A stretch of DNA of 64,000 bases from Candidatus Methanomethylicia archaeon (lineage in GTDB: Archaea; Thermoproteota; Methanomethylicia; Nezhaarchaeales; B40-G2): NCBI GenBank assembly GCA_029259155.1, contig JAPDJI010000026.1:8445-72444 (forward strand). The letters are read 5' to 3'. The notes beneath the pieces are model-generated. The model saw only the letters and a list, made by a program, of their open reading frames with translations. It searched no databases and had not been told where the DNA came from. Made by a program: the position numbers and the translations under genes. How positions within the stretch are numbered: position 1 is the stretch's first letter; the number at the start of each line of letters is the position of its first letter. Shown here piece after piece: positions 39,422 to 49,070 of the stretch.

Positions 39422-40090
39422 TTGGAACGTAGAGTGATGTTCAAGAGCGGTGACCTCCTACTTGAAGGAATGCTCCACGTACCTTCAGGCCTTGAGCATA
39501 AGGCTTCAGCAGTGGCCGTGTGTCACCCTCATCCGCTTTACGGAGGATCTATGCACAACATCATCGTAGAAGAAGTATGCAGAGCACTTGAGGATGAAGG
39601 TATTATAACTTTAAGGTTTAACTTTAGAGGAGTAGGGTCGAGTGAGGGCACTTACCAAGAAGGTATAGGAGAAAGGATAGACGTAACCTCAGCCATAGAC
39701 TTCTTAACATCCATAGATACCGTTGACCCCGACTCCCTAGGAGTAGCAGGATACTCCTTTGGAGCATACGTAGCTACCTACGCAGCCAGCGAAGATCCAC
39801 GAATAGATGTTTTAGCGCTCGTGTCCCCTCCCTTCTCCATGTACAGCTTCGAGCCGCTTAATACTTGTCGTAAGCCAAAGCTCATTGTTTGGGGGAGCCG
39901 TGACGAACTCGTAGGCTTCTCAGCCGTTGAGGTAGCTAAGGTTGTAGCTGAGCCGAGGAAGCTAATACTCATCGAAGAGGCTGACCACTTTTGGACAGGA
40001 CATGAAGTAAGGGTAGGAAAACTGGTAGCCTCCTTCTTTAAAAACGCATTTAAAGGATTACCTAAAGACAACGCCAGCGAAAAGCCCTGA
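39422..40090 (+). CDS. Alpha/beta-fold hydrolase
   Basis: HPHPLYGGSM, LRFNFRGVG, GYSFG nucleophile elbow, D and ADHF triad residues. Confidence 0.92.
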   Translation: MERRVMFKSGDLLLEGMLHVPSGLEHKASAVAVCHPHPLYGGSMHNIIVEEVCRALEDEGIITLRFNFRGVGSSEGTYQEGIGERIDVTSAIDFLTSIDTVDPDSLGVAGYSFGAYVATYAASEDPRIDVLALVSPPFSMYSFEPLNTCRKPKLIVWGSRDELVGFSAVEVAKVVAEPRKLILIEEADHFWTGHEVRVGKLVASFFKNAFKGLPKDNASEKP

Positions 40091-40143
40091 TAGCTAGGCT
40101 GGGACCCCTTTAACTTTCAAGGCTCTTAGCGTAACCTGGAACT

Positions 40144-40593
40144 TTAAAACTGAACCTTGGTATCCTCCTTGATGGTCTTGAGCACTATCATAGTCAACGT
40201 CGCCGTCACGCCCGAGATCCTACCTATGCTATCTATGAGGCTAGCCAGCTCTTCTCGGCTACTTGACCTAAGCTTAACCACCGCGTCGTACTCGCCAGTC
40301 ACATCGTACACTTCGTAGACATCGACCATAGACCTGAGCTTCTCGAGGATCTCAGGGTACTTCATAGGATCCGCCTTGATCAAGGTGATCGCCGTAAGAC
40401 CCTTCCCTACGCTTGGAGGATCGATAAGCGCTTGGAAGCCTTTAAGCACCTTTAACTCCTTCAACCTCTTTACCCTCATGTGAACCGTTGCTTCACTAAC
40501 CCCTACCTCCCTAGCCACCTTGGAGAAGGGGGTTCTCGCATCTTCCTGCAGAAGCCTAAGGATCTTAAGGTCTACCTCATCGAGTTCCTTCAA
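40144..40593 (-). CDS. Lrp/AsnC-family transcriptional regulator
   Basis: LDEVDLKILRLLQEDARTPF..VGVSEATVHMRVKRL; YDVTGEYD. Confidence 0.96.
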   Translation of the reverse strand: MKELDEVDLKILRLLQEDARTPFSKVAREVGVSEATVHMRVKRLKELKVLKGFQALIDPPSVGKGLTAITLIKADPMKYPEILEKLRSMVDVYEVYDVTGEYDAVVKLRSSSREELASLIDSIGRISGVTATLTMIVLKTIKEDTKVQF

Positions 40594-40650
40594 CTAACCC
40601 ACCGAAGCCCTTGTTCCTTAAATTAATGGTTTTCCTTGAGGCTTAAAGCT

Positions 40651-41307
40651 TTATTTACGACTGCTAAGCTTCCTAGCTTCCACGTATCGGCCGCGAAACC
40701 TTATCAGCTTCACCCTCTCCACCACGGCTGACGTTTGACTCCCCATTACCTCTCTATAGCCTTCGACAACTTGCTTGAAGAGGCTACGTGCCTTTAAAGG
40801 GATAATGCTCTCCAAGGACCTTAACATGAGGTGGAGGTCTACCCCCATAGCTTCCAGCGATCTCTCAAACTCCCCAAGCCCAAAATCCACAAGGAAAACC
40901 TTTCCAGCTGACCAGATCATGTTGGAGGTGGTTAAGTCGCCGTGGACCAGCCCCTTGAGGTGAAGCTTACCTATAGACCTGCCTGTAGCCTTCATAACCT
41001 CCTCTACCCCCATCCCCTTAACCAGTAGGTCCTTCACTGTCGGTCCAGGTACATACTCCATGGTTATAGAGGAACCTACAACATCCACGCAGTATAAAGC
41101 TGGCACCGAAACCCCAGCTCTCCTCGCTGCTAACAGAAGAGAAGCTTCACGTATTGTCCTATACCTCCTAAGCGCCCTATCAAAGTCAGCTCTACGGTAA
41201 GGCTTAGGCACCCTACGTTTAACCACCGCAGGCAGTCCATACCAGTCGGTTAAAAGTAGCTCCGCCTCAGCACCTTTCTTAATTAGGGAAGATGGCAAAG
41301 ATGCCAC
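40651..41307 (-). CDS. bud32: KEOPS kinase/ATPase Bud32
   Basis: GAEA, KRRVPKPYR, HGDLTTSN, DFGL, RGRY. Confidence 0.96.
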   Translation of the reverse strand: MASLPSSLIKKGAEAELLLTDWYGLPAVVKRRVPKPYRRADFDRALRRYRTIREASLLLAARRAGVSVPALYCVDVVGSSITMEYVPGPTVKDLLVKGMGVEEVMKATGRSIGKLHLKGLVHGDLTTSNMIWSAGKVFLVDFGLGEFERSLEAMGVDLHLMLRSLESIIPLKARSLFKQVVEGYREVMGSQTSAVVERVKLIRFRGRYVEARKLSSRK

Positions 41308-41328
41308 AACCCTTTAGAGCCTGTTGCC

Positions 41329-41592
41329 TCAACCCATCGTTAACTCTTCAGATTTCTTTCTTGCAATCTCCACTAGGTCATCGTGCAGCCTCTTCAGCCG
41401 CTCTACGTTATGTTCATGGAACTCGCGCTCCCTCACCTTACTCCTCTCATCGTACTCCCTAGACATGGTCTCTCCGTGCTCACAGTATTCCTTAATCAGC
41501 TCTTCACGTTGTTCTTTCAACTCCCTTAAGGTCTGCGCGCTCTTATCCCTAAACCTCTTGAAAATCTCCTCGATGGGGTCTGCAGATTGCAT
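41329..41592 (-). CDS. Hypothetical small charged helical protein
   Basis: 87 aa, E/R/K-rich; ATG preceded by GGAGG-like site; 2 bp after the upstream gene's stop. Confidence 0.7.
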   Translation of the reverse strand: MQSADPIEEIFKRFRDKSAQTLRELKEQREELIKEYCEHGETMSREYDERSKVREREFHEHNVERLKRLHDDLVEIARKKSEELTMG

Positions 41593-41594
41593 CT

Positions 41595-42158
41595 CTACTT
41601 AACCCCTCCCTGAAGGATCTTCTTAAGCTCTTCCGTCCTCGTTTTCAACAGCTCGTCGAAAGCTACCAAGGCCTCCTCAAGCATCTTTAGGATCACCTTA
41701 ACCCCCTCTTCGTGGGATTTACTTAGGTTCGTAATCCCCTCCTCAATCCTTTCATCAACGTTTTCCTTAGCTTCCTTAACAGCAGCTTCAAGGCTTCGAG
41801 CAGCTTCTTCAAGGGCTGCTAGGTTTATGTTCCTAACCTCAGCCTCTAATCCCTCAAGCTTTCTGTTCAGGTCCTCGGTGGTCTTAAGAGTTAAGGTGTA
41901 GGAAACTATGGTTGATATCATCAACATGCCCGAGAGGGCCAGGAAGAAAGCCCCTAAAGAAGCTAGTACAGAGCTTAGTGGAGGGCTTTCGAGCGTGGTG
42001 AAGGATATCAGTACATACAGTGGATTCTCTCCGGAAATAATCATTAACGCTAAACCCACGAATGCAGTGCTGACAGTGGTTACGAAGAGAGCTCTAAGGA
42101 TTCCCGGGGCTGTGGTCTTGATTAATAGCCGACCGCCCTTATACTTCCTCTCGACCAA
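41595..42158 (-). CDS. Hypothetical membrane protein, 2 TM plus C-terminal coiled coil
   Basis: Two hydrophobic segments, then heptad-like LEGLEAEVRNINLAALEEAARSLEAAV; GGGGGAG upstream of the TTG start. Confidence 0.75.
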   Translation of the reverse strand: MVERKYKGGRLLIKTTAPGILRALFVTTVSTAFVGLALMIISGENPLYVLISFTTLESPPLSSVLASLGAFFLALSGMLMISTIVSYTLTLKTTEDLNRKLEGLEAEVRNINLAALEEAARSLEAAVKEAKENVDERIEEGITNLSKSHEEGVKVILKMLEEALVAFDELLKTRTEELKKILQGGVK

Positions 42159-42316
42159 AGCTCCCCCCTCAATAATAATAAGAGGAGTAAAGTGGAGCCC
42201 TTAGACTTTCCTCTGAAGCCATCCTTAGCTTTAGCTAAGCCACGTCGATAACGACCTACATAAATATTCCCATAACTTTAAGCTAGGCACAGCGTCGTAT
42301 TAGTGAGGAGAAACCT

Positions 42317-43324
42317 TTGAAGAAAGACGAGGTACGGTGTCTAGGCATCGAGTGCACCGCGCACACGTACGGCGCCTCAGTAGTTTCAAGTAGCGGCAGG
42401 ATACTCTCTGACGTGAAGGATATCTACAAGCCGCCTGAAGGCAGAGGCATTCATCCACGAGAGTGTGCTCAGCACCATAGCGAGGTAGGGCTAAGAGTAG
42501 TTAAGGAAGCTTTACGGGAGGCAGAGGTTAAGCTGGAGGAAGTAGACGTGATAGCCTTTTCAGCAGGGCCTGGCCTAGGACCATGTTTAAGGACGGGAGC
42601 TACTTTAGCTAGAGCTTTAGCCTCGCTTCTAGGCAAGCCTCTTGTAAGGGTCAACCACGCCATAGGACACATAGAAATAGCCAGGTTAACCACAGGGGTT
42701 GAGGACCCTTTAATCGTGCTCGTATCGGGAGGACACACCGTGATAACTACGTACGTGGATGGAAGGTACAGGGTTTACGGAGAAACTTTAGACATAACCT
42801 TAGGCAACCTGCTCGATATGTTCGCTAGGGGAGCTGGACTACCTTCACCTGGGGGGCCCCTAGTGGAGGAGTTAGCGTTGAAGGGGTCAGTGGTATACGA
42901 ACTTCCCTACGTGGTTAAAGGAAACGATATTTCCTACTCAGGCCTACTAACTGCTTCACTTAAAAGGCTGAGAAGCGGGGCGAAGCTTGAAGACCTTTGT
43001 TTATCAATTCAAGAACACGCTTTCTCCATGCTAGCTGAAGCGACTGAGAGAGCCTTGGCTTTTACCGAGAAGAAAGCTCTACTACTCACGGGAGGGGTAG
43101 CGGCTAATCGTAGGCTTAGGAAAGTCCTTAGCCAAGTGGCTCAGGAACAAAACGCTTCCTTCCACGTAGTACCTGCTAAGTACGCGGGGGATTGCGGCGC
43201 TCAGATAGCCTGGACAGGTATCTTACATTATCTTCACGGCGACGTCTCACCCCTCGAGGAGAGCTACGTTAAGCCTAAGTGGAGGTTGGATGAAGTAGAT
43301 GTGCCTTGGAGGGGTAAAGGTTAA
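42317..43324 (+). CDS. kae1: KEOPS t6A threonylcarbamoyltransferase Kae1
   Basis: LGIECTAHT, GPGLGPCL, VNHAIGHIE, VSGGHT, GGVAAN. Confidence 0.97.
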   Translation: MKKDEVRCLGIECTAHTYGASVVSSSGRILSDVKDIYKPPEGRGIHPRECAQHHSEVGLRVVKEALREAEVKLEEVDVIAFSAGPGLGPCLRTGATLARALASLLGKPLVRVNHAIGHIEIARLTTGVEDPLIVLVSGGHTVITTYVDGRYRVYGETLDITLGNLLDMFARGAGLPSPGGPLVEELALKGSVVYELPYVVKGNDISYSGLLTASLKRLRSGAKLEDLCLSIQEHAFSMLAEATERALAFTEKKALLLTGGVAANRRLRKVLSQVAQEQNASFHVVPAKYAGDCGAQIAWTGILHYLHGDVSPLEESYVKPKWRLDEVDVPWRGKG

Positions 43325-43359
43325 CCTATAAAAGCCCTAAGAAGCGTAGGGGTTAATGC

Positions 43360-44571
43360 TTGTTAATAGGGATTGTAGGTAAGACCAACGTAGGGAAAAG
43401 CACGCTTTTCTCAGCATTAACATTAGCTCCAGCCTCCATAGATAATAGGCCCTTCACCACCATAGAGCCGAACGTGGGGGTAGCCTACGTAAAGGCCCCT
43501 TGCGCATGCAGAGAATTCAATGTAAAAGACAACCCTAGGAACTCTCTATGTATCGATGGTTATCGCTACATACCCATTAAACTAGTGGATGTAGCAGGCC
43601 TTGTACCTGGAGCTCATCAAGGCAGAGGGCTAGGCAACAAGTTCTTGGATGAGCTTAGGAGGGCTGATGTCCTCATCCACGTAGTGGACGCGTCTGGCTC
43701 CACCGATATTGAAGGTAAGCCCTGCCCCCCTGGCTCCTACGACCCCTGCGAAGAAGTCGAGCACATAGAGCGTGAAATAACGCTATGGTTCATCGACGTG
43801 GTGAAGAGAAACTGGGCGAAGGTAGTAAAGCTCTATGACCCATCCAAGGGGTTGGCTGAAGCCATAACCACCGTGCTTTCTGGACTCTCGATAGACAAGG
43901 CTGCTGTGGTTGAGGCCTTAAGTAGGATAGGGACCGGCATGGAACATCCAAGGCGCTGGAGCGATGAGGATGTAAGCCTCTTCTCTGAAAACCTCAGGAA
44001 GATCTCTAAGCCCACATTAATAGCCGCTAACAAGGTGGACCTCCCCACGAGCAGAAAAAACATACAAAGGTTGAAGGAGAGGTTCGAGGCTGAAGGTATG
44101 CCTATAGTACCATGCTCCGCTGAGGCGGAGCTGGCTCTACGTAGAGCTTCTGAGAAAGGCTTAATAGAGTACCATCCAGGCAGCGATAACTTCCAGGTGA
44201 GGGATCCGTCAAGGATAACTGAGGCTCAACGTAAAGCTTTAGACCTCATCGTAGAAAAAGTATTGAAGCCCTGGGGGTCGACAGGGGTACAGGAGGTCAT
44301 CAACGCTGCTTGCTTCAAACTTCTCAAGCTGATAGTAGTGTACCCGGTGGAGGACCCTTCTAAGCTATGTGACCATGAAGGAAATGTGCTTCCAGACGCC
44401 TTCCTCGTCCCTCAAGGCACCACTACCAGACAGTTGGCCTATAAGATACATAGCGAGCTGGGAGACAGCTTCATCTATGCTATCGACGCTAAGACCAGGA
44501 AGAGGCTTGGGGAAGAAGCTGTACTGAAGGATGGCGACGTGATATCCATCGTGGGTGCTAAGAGAAGGTAG
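43360..44571 (+). CDS. ychF: YchF/OLA1-family Obg-like NTPase with TGS domain
   Basis: [49 protein letters not shown]. Confidence 0.93.
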   Translation: MLIGIVGKTNVGKSTLFSALTLAPASIDNRPFTTIEPNVGVAYVKAPCACREFNVKDNPRNSLCIDGYRYIPIKLVDVAGLVPGAHQGRGLGNKFLDELRRADVLIHVVDASGSTDIEGKPCPPGSYDPCEEVEHIEREITLWFIDVVKRNWAKVVKLYDPSKGLAEAITTVLSGLSIDKAAVVEALSRIGTGMEHPRRWSDEDVSLFSENLRKISKPTLIAANKVDLPTSRKNIQRLKERFEAEGMPIVPCSAEAELALRRASEKGLIEYHPGSDNFQVRDPSRITEAQRKALDLIVEKVLKPWGSTGVQEVINAACFKLLKLIVVYPVEDPSKLCDHEGNVLPDAFLVPQGTTTRQLAYKIHSELGDSFIYAIDAKTRKRLGEEAVLKDGDVISIVGAKRR

Positions 44572-44622
44572 ATGGAAGGTTTTTGAAGAAGGGCCTCCCA
44601 AATATTGTGGGAGATGTAAAAC

Positions 44623-44976
44623 TTGACGGAGTATGACGTAGAGGAGTTCAAGAAAAGATACCCTCACTTAGCCAAGGAGTTAGCGGAGGGGAAAGGCGTT
44701 AGGAGGTTCTCAGACGTAGTAGAGGGCGAAGCTCCACCCTTCATACCTGGACCAGTAGATTACTTAAGGAGATGTAAGAGCGTGGAGGAGGCCAAGGAGG
44801 TTTTAGACTATCTTGAACGTATAGGGGAGCTAGATAAGAAGGAACGTGCAGATCTAGAAGAGCAGCTGGACAATGAAGGCTTAGAGAGCTTTGGATCAAG
44901 GAAGGACTTCGGCTACTACTCGGAGCGATACCTGAAAAACTTGAACCTTAAATCTCTTCAGCGAAGGCTACCTTAA
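44623..44976 (+). CDS. DUF2095-family protein
   Basis: FKKRYPHLAKEL, VDYLRRC..EEAKEVLDYL..GE, RKDFGYY. Confidence 0.8.
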   Translation: MTEYDVEEFKKRYPHLAKELAEGKGVRRFSDVVEGEAPPFIPGPVDYLRRCKSVEEAKEVLDYLERIGELDKKERADLEEQLDNEGLESFGSRKDFGYYSERYLKNLNLKSLQRRLP

Positions 44977-44981
44977 CCTCA

Positions 44982-46547
44982 TTAAGCAGCGTTTAGAGCC
45001 TTATCCAGCTCCTTAGCTAAGACTCTGCCAGATACGCCTACGTCGATGAAGCTCCAAGGGAGCTCTTCATCTGGATTATATGGCCTATAAACTAAGCCTT
45101 CAAGGTCTATACCTAGATCCTTAGCCACGCTTCTCCATAACCCCAGCTTACCGCCCTTCTTCGCCACCTCGCTGATCATTCTACCCACAGTAACGTCACC
45201 TCTCGACAGAGCAGCTTGAAGCTCCGCTACCCTCAATGAAGCCACGTCCACCTTCACTTTAGGTAGCTTAGACGCTGACTTAGCAGTCCGTAAAGCTTCC
45301 CTCAACCATCTACGTTCAGCCAGTGGAAGCCACTGGAAAGGGGTGTGAGCTTTAGGTATCAGCACGTTTACAGAGACGTGCACGCTTGCGAAGCCAAGCT
45401 TTGCCAGGTTAGACGTTAATCTAACCATGCCCTCTACGTCCTCCCTCTCCTCTCCTGGGATACCTACCATAAAGTACAGCTTTAACCTGTTAATACCGGC
45501 GTTGAGCGCCCTACGAGCTGCCTCCACGATATCCTCGTCGGACATGGGTTTACCTAGAGCCTCCCTTAAAGTCTCAGTGCCTGCCTCTGGAGCAATGGTT
45601 AAGGTCCTTTGACCTCCCTTAGCCAGCGCCTTAAACACCTCTTCGCTTAATAGATCACCCCTCACTGAAGGTATGGAGAGCTTCAACCCGCTTTCCACGA
45701 CGTAGCTGCAAAGCCCAGTTATATCAGGGTGATCCGAAAAGCCTGCCCCTATAACTGCCACTTTATCAACTCCACAAAGCCTAACGCCTTCATCGATCAA
45801 CCTCTTAAGGATAGACAAGCTCCTATGCCTAGCAGGCCTACTTATCCAAGTGATCATGCAGAAGCGGCAGCCACGGTTACAGGAGCGGGTAGCCTCAAGG
45901 GTAAAGGCTCTACCGAAGATAGGTTCGGTTTCACGCCCTCCTTTCGGGATAACCTGGCGTAGGGGGTATGGTTCATCGTCAAGGCTTCTAGCCAACACCC
46001 TTTCAACCCCCCTTTCCCGTCCAGGTAGGTATACGCCGCGTAGGTCAGCGGCATAGTCTAGGAAGGCACGTCGTGAAGGATGGTTGATGTACAGGTCGAG
46101 GAGGTCGTCGAGGATAGGCTCAGCATCTCCTATGACGAAGAGGTCTACATAGTCTTCCAGCACGCAGGGATTAGCCCATATAGCAGGGCCTCCAGCTATA
46201 ATAATAGGGTGCTCCTCACCCCTATCCATGCGCCTAGGAGGAATGCCAGAATCTAAGAGCATAGAGATGAAGTTTACGTAGTCGAGTTCGTACTGGAAGG
46301 TGAAGGCAGCTATATTGAAGGACTCTAACCCTCTCCTTGACTCTACGCTTAGAGGCTTACCGCCCTCTATAGGCTTGAAGAAACGTTCACACACCACTTC
46401 CTCCCGGCGATTAAAGAGGTAGTAAAGTAGCTGTACCGTCAGCCCCGTCATGCCGGCGCGGTAGATGTTAGGATAGCATAAAGCCACTTTTACCTTGACC
46501 TTACGCCAATCCTTAACCACTCGGTTAACTTCAGGGAAAACACGCAT
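44982..46547 (-). CDS. Radical SAM protein with N-terminal B12-binding-like domain
   Basis: YPNIY..GM, YELDY, IAGGP, CNRGCRFC, TIAPEAG, KLYFMVG, PKAHTPFQW. Confidence 0.9.
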   Translation of the reverse strand: MRVFPEVNRVVKDWRKVKVKVALCYPNIYRAGMTGLTVQLLYYLFNRREEVVCERFFKPIEGGKPLSVESRRGLESFNIAAFTFQYELDYVNFISMLLDSGIPPRRMDRGEEHPIIIAGGPAIWANPCVLEDYVDLFVIGDAEPILDDLLDLYINHPSRRAFLDYAADLRGVYLPGRERGVERVLARSLDDEPYPLRQVIPKGGRETEPIFGRAFTLEATRSCNRGCRFCMITWISRPARHRSLSILKRLIDEGVRLCGVDKVAVIGAGFSDHPDITGLCSYVVESGLKLSIPSVRGDLLSEEVFKALAKGGQRTLTIAPEAGTETLREALGKPMSDEDIVEAARRALNAGINRLKLYFMVGIPGEEREDVEGMVRLTSNLAKLGFASVHVSVNVLIPKAHTPFQWLPLAERRWLREALRTAKSASKLPKVKVDVASLRVAELQAALSRGDVTVGRMISEVAKKGGKLGLWRSVAKDLGIDLEGLVYRPYNPDEELPWSFIDVGVSGRVLAKELDKALNAA

Positions 46548-46549
46548 GG

Positions 46550-47149
46550 CTATCCAGCTATTAGGGGGGCAGCGAGCTTAAGCACCTTCGACTTTCTAAC
46601 CTCTACTCTCCTAAGCGGGTAAATCTTCCTAGCTGCATTGAAGACCTCGGAAGCCACCTTACCCAGCACTATCTCCTGCACGAGCTCGTCGAAGTTTAAT
46701 TGCTGAGCCTTCTGTTCCACTGTCTGACCCATGATCTTACGGATAGCCTTCTCTTGGGAGGTCTGCGCCCGCTTCAAGGTAATAGCTAGTACCATCACAC
46801 GCATCCTATAGCCGTCCTTGGTGGTAACGTCGAAGATACCGTCAACCCTTGAAGCCCCTCTTCTGACTAAGCTCCTTAAGTAATCCCTGGCCAAGTCGTG
46901 GCCCTTGAAAACCGTATAGGCGGTGTCTCCCTCAACCTTAACTATTTGGAAGAGGAGCTTTATGTGTTGTTGAGAAGGGTCGTTGGTTAAGCTATACAAT
47001 GTGACCCATATGGTTCGCCCAATTAGATTCTCCGGGGAGGAGGCCATGGTGTGGCCTATCTCAGCGTGGCCGAAGGCAGAGGAAGCTAGTATCTTGTAGG
47101 TGGCTTTAGCTACAGGTTTCTTAACACCTCTCCTTGACCTCTGCGACAT
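46550..47149 (-). CDS. rps3ae: 30S ribosomal protein S3Ae (eS1)
   Basis: LIGRT, RDYLRSLVRR, KIYPLRRVEVRKSK. Confidence 0.96.
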   Translation of the reverse strand: MSQRSRRGVKKPVAKATYKILASSAFGHAEIGHTMASSPENLIGRTIWVTLYSLTNDPSQQHIKLLFQIVKVEGDTAYTVFKGHDLARDYLRSLVRRGASRVDGIFDVTTKDGYRMRVMVLAITLKRAQTSQEKAIRKIMGQTVEQKAQQLNFDELVQEIVLGKVASEVFNAARKIYPLRRVEVRKSKVLKLAAPLIAG

Positions 47150-47224
47150 GCTTTACCCTTCCAATCGAAGGCTCTTCTGCTCCTTCACGTGCAGCCTCAA
47201 AAAGCTTTTCCTTATTCCTGTTCT

Positions 47225-48778
47225 TTAAGGCCATGTTAAGGTCCTCGTTGGAGGAGGTAGGGCGCCTATGCGCTTCTTAAGTTCAGGCGGCCAATCATCG
47301 AAGTTGAAGCCCTTCTGAGCTAGTAGAGCGGTGGCCCACCTAGTCAATCCATGGCCTACACAGCCTGTCCACAGCTCCCTCCCCTTAGCTTCACGTATCT
47401 TAAAGGAGTCAACGTAGTGCTTCAGATGAACGTTACAGGCACTGATCTCCAGCCAATCGCTCTCCTCTCTGCTCCCACGGTAGGGTAGGTAGCATTCAAC
47501 GTCGAGAGCAGGTATACGTGAAGATGAGGATATATCCACAAGCCTCTCCCTAGCTGCTTCCTGAGAAAGGTAGAACGGTGCGCCTACTGTAAGTCTCCAT
47601 TCAAGATCTAGAACCTTATCAACCACTTCCAAAGTCCTCTCCAGCACTGCGTCTCTTATCTCTACAACCTGTTCAGGCGTACCTAGGTATACCAGCTCCA
47701 TCCTGAGGAACTCGTTGGTCCTAGCCAGCCCTTCAACCCCACCGGCCTCGTTACGCCAGGTCCAGCCACCGGCGTAATCATACACCTTTACCGGCAGGTC
47801 TTCCGCCTTGACTAGCTCTCCGCTGAAGAACTGGTAGAAGGGTGGGCACTGTACGGCGTCCAAGACGTAGGATGGGGGTTCAAGGATTTCCTTTAACAAG
47901 TCAGCTCTAAGAACCCTCCTAAGCCAAAACTCGCGTTTAAAGGGTTCAAAGACCTTAGGGTCGCGTGGAGGAGCGCAGACGTAGAACATGCCTTCAGGTA
48001 AGTGCTCCACGTAGGTGGAGAGCTTCTCTAACACAGCGAAGGGCAGTAACCTGGGGAAAATCCACTCCTGGAAACCTAGAGGTTTACATACGTAATCTAT
48101 GATTATCGACCTTAAAGCGCCCACCAGAGAAGCCATAGGAGCCGTTAAGATCCACTGCCCCCTCGCAGGGAAACGCTTTATCCATCCCAGCTTCTCAGCT
48201 TCCTCAGCCACATCTCTAGTGAAGAGGATACGTTTAGGGGTTGAAGTCTTAAGGACAAAGCCGTAGGGGACTAGCTTAACCCCCACCTCCTCGACGCGTT
48301 CAGGCATCAGGAGCTTTACAGCCCTATCCACTACTCTATCCTCTAGGTCTCCTTCACTAAGCCCTCTAAACACTAAGAGAAGGCCTCTCTCTAAACCTCC
48401 AACCTCAGCTACCCCTTCAAGGAGCTTCCTAGCCTCCTCCACTCCCTTGCTGGTTTCTGGAAGCTCCACCCTAAGCTCTTCGACCATGACCTTCCTCAGC
48501 CCTACCCTAAACCTGCTCCCCAGCCTCTGAGCAAGCATCTTTCTAAGCCTCAAGAGGCCGTCGTGAGCCCTAACACCTCTACCGCTCACCACCTCTAGCT
48601 GAAGTCGAGGGCCTTCAACGGACCAGTCTACGACCTTCGCTCCCTCTTCCTCGCTAGGAGAGCCCTTGAGGAGTACCGTGGCGTTAGCTTCCTCGAAAAG
48701 CTTCCTTAGCTCCTCTACGGCTGGCTCAAGCGAAGAGCTAAACTCCAGCCATCCTTTGAGCTTAAACCTCATTCTCAC
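47225..48778 (-). CDS. serS: Serine--tRNA ligase, methanogen (type 2) form
   Basis: N-terminal SGRGVRAHDGLLRLRK, GWIKRFPARGQW, AVQCPPFY, WRNEAGG..RTNEFLRMELV, WTGCVGHGLTRW. Confidence 0.9.
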   Translation of the reverse strand: MRMRFKLKGWLEFSSSLEPAVEELRKLFEEANATVLLKGSPSEEEGAKVVDWSVEGPRLQLEVVSGRGVRAHDGLLRLRKMLAQRLGSRFRVGLRKVMVEELRVELPETSKGVEEARKLLEGVAEVGGLERGLLLVFRGLSEGDLEDRVVDRAVKLLMPERVEEVGVKLVPYGFVLKTSTPKRILFTRDVAEEAEKLGWIKRFPARGQWILTAPMASLVGALRSIIIDYVCKPLGFQEWIFPRLLPFAVLEKLSTYVEHLPEGMFYVCAPPRDPKVFEPFKREFWLRRVLRADLLKEILEPPSYVLDAVQCPPFYQFFSGELVKAEDLPVKVYDYAGGWTWRNEAGGVEGLARTNEFLRMELVYLGTPEQVVEIRDAVLERTLEVVDKVLDLEWRLTVGAPFYLSQEAARERLVDISSSSRIPALDVECYLPYRGSREESDWLEISACNVHLKHYVDSFKIREAKGRELWTGCVGHGLTRWATALLAQKGFNFDDWPPELKKRIGALPPPTRTLTWP

Positions 48779-48812
48779 ATCCCTCAGCTACAGCACCTTA
48801 ACGCCTGCATAC

Positions 48813-49070
48813 CTATTTCTTATTCGCCTCTTCGAAGGAGGCTGAGAGGAGAGTTAAGGGTTTAAGACATGTAAACAGGTCTTCGAGGGTGGAAAGTACC
48901 TTGCTAGGCTCAGGATGCTCAACGGTTACTTGAAGCTTAGAGCCTAAGCTACGACATGAAACCTTCAGATCTACAGGCGCCTCCCTATTGTCTACCTCAA
49001 GCGCCTCTGAAGCTGCCTTAGCCAAAGCTTCACGTTGCACGTCCACCCATACCTCCACCTTGACCTTCAA
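48813..49070 (-). CDS. pcc1: KEOPS subunit Pcc1-like protein
   Basis: 85 aa, ALEVDN..P, alpha/beta pattern; conserved slot between the RecJ-like gene and serS/rps3ae. Confidence 0.75.
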   Translation of the reverse strand: MKVKVEVWVDVQREALAKAASEALEVDNREAPVDLKVSCRSLGSKLQVTVEHPEPSKVLSTLEDLFTCLKPLTLLSASFEEANKK

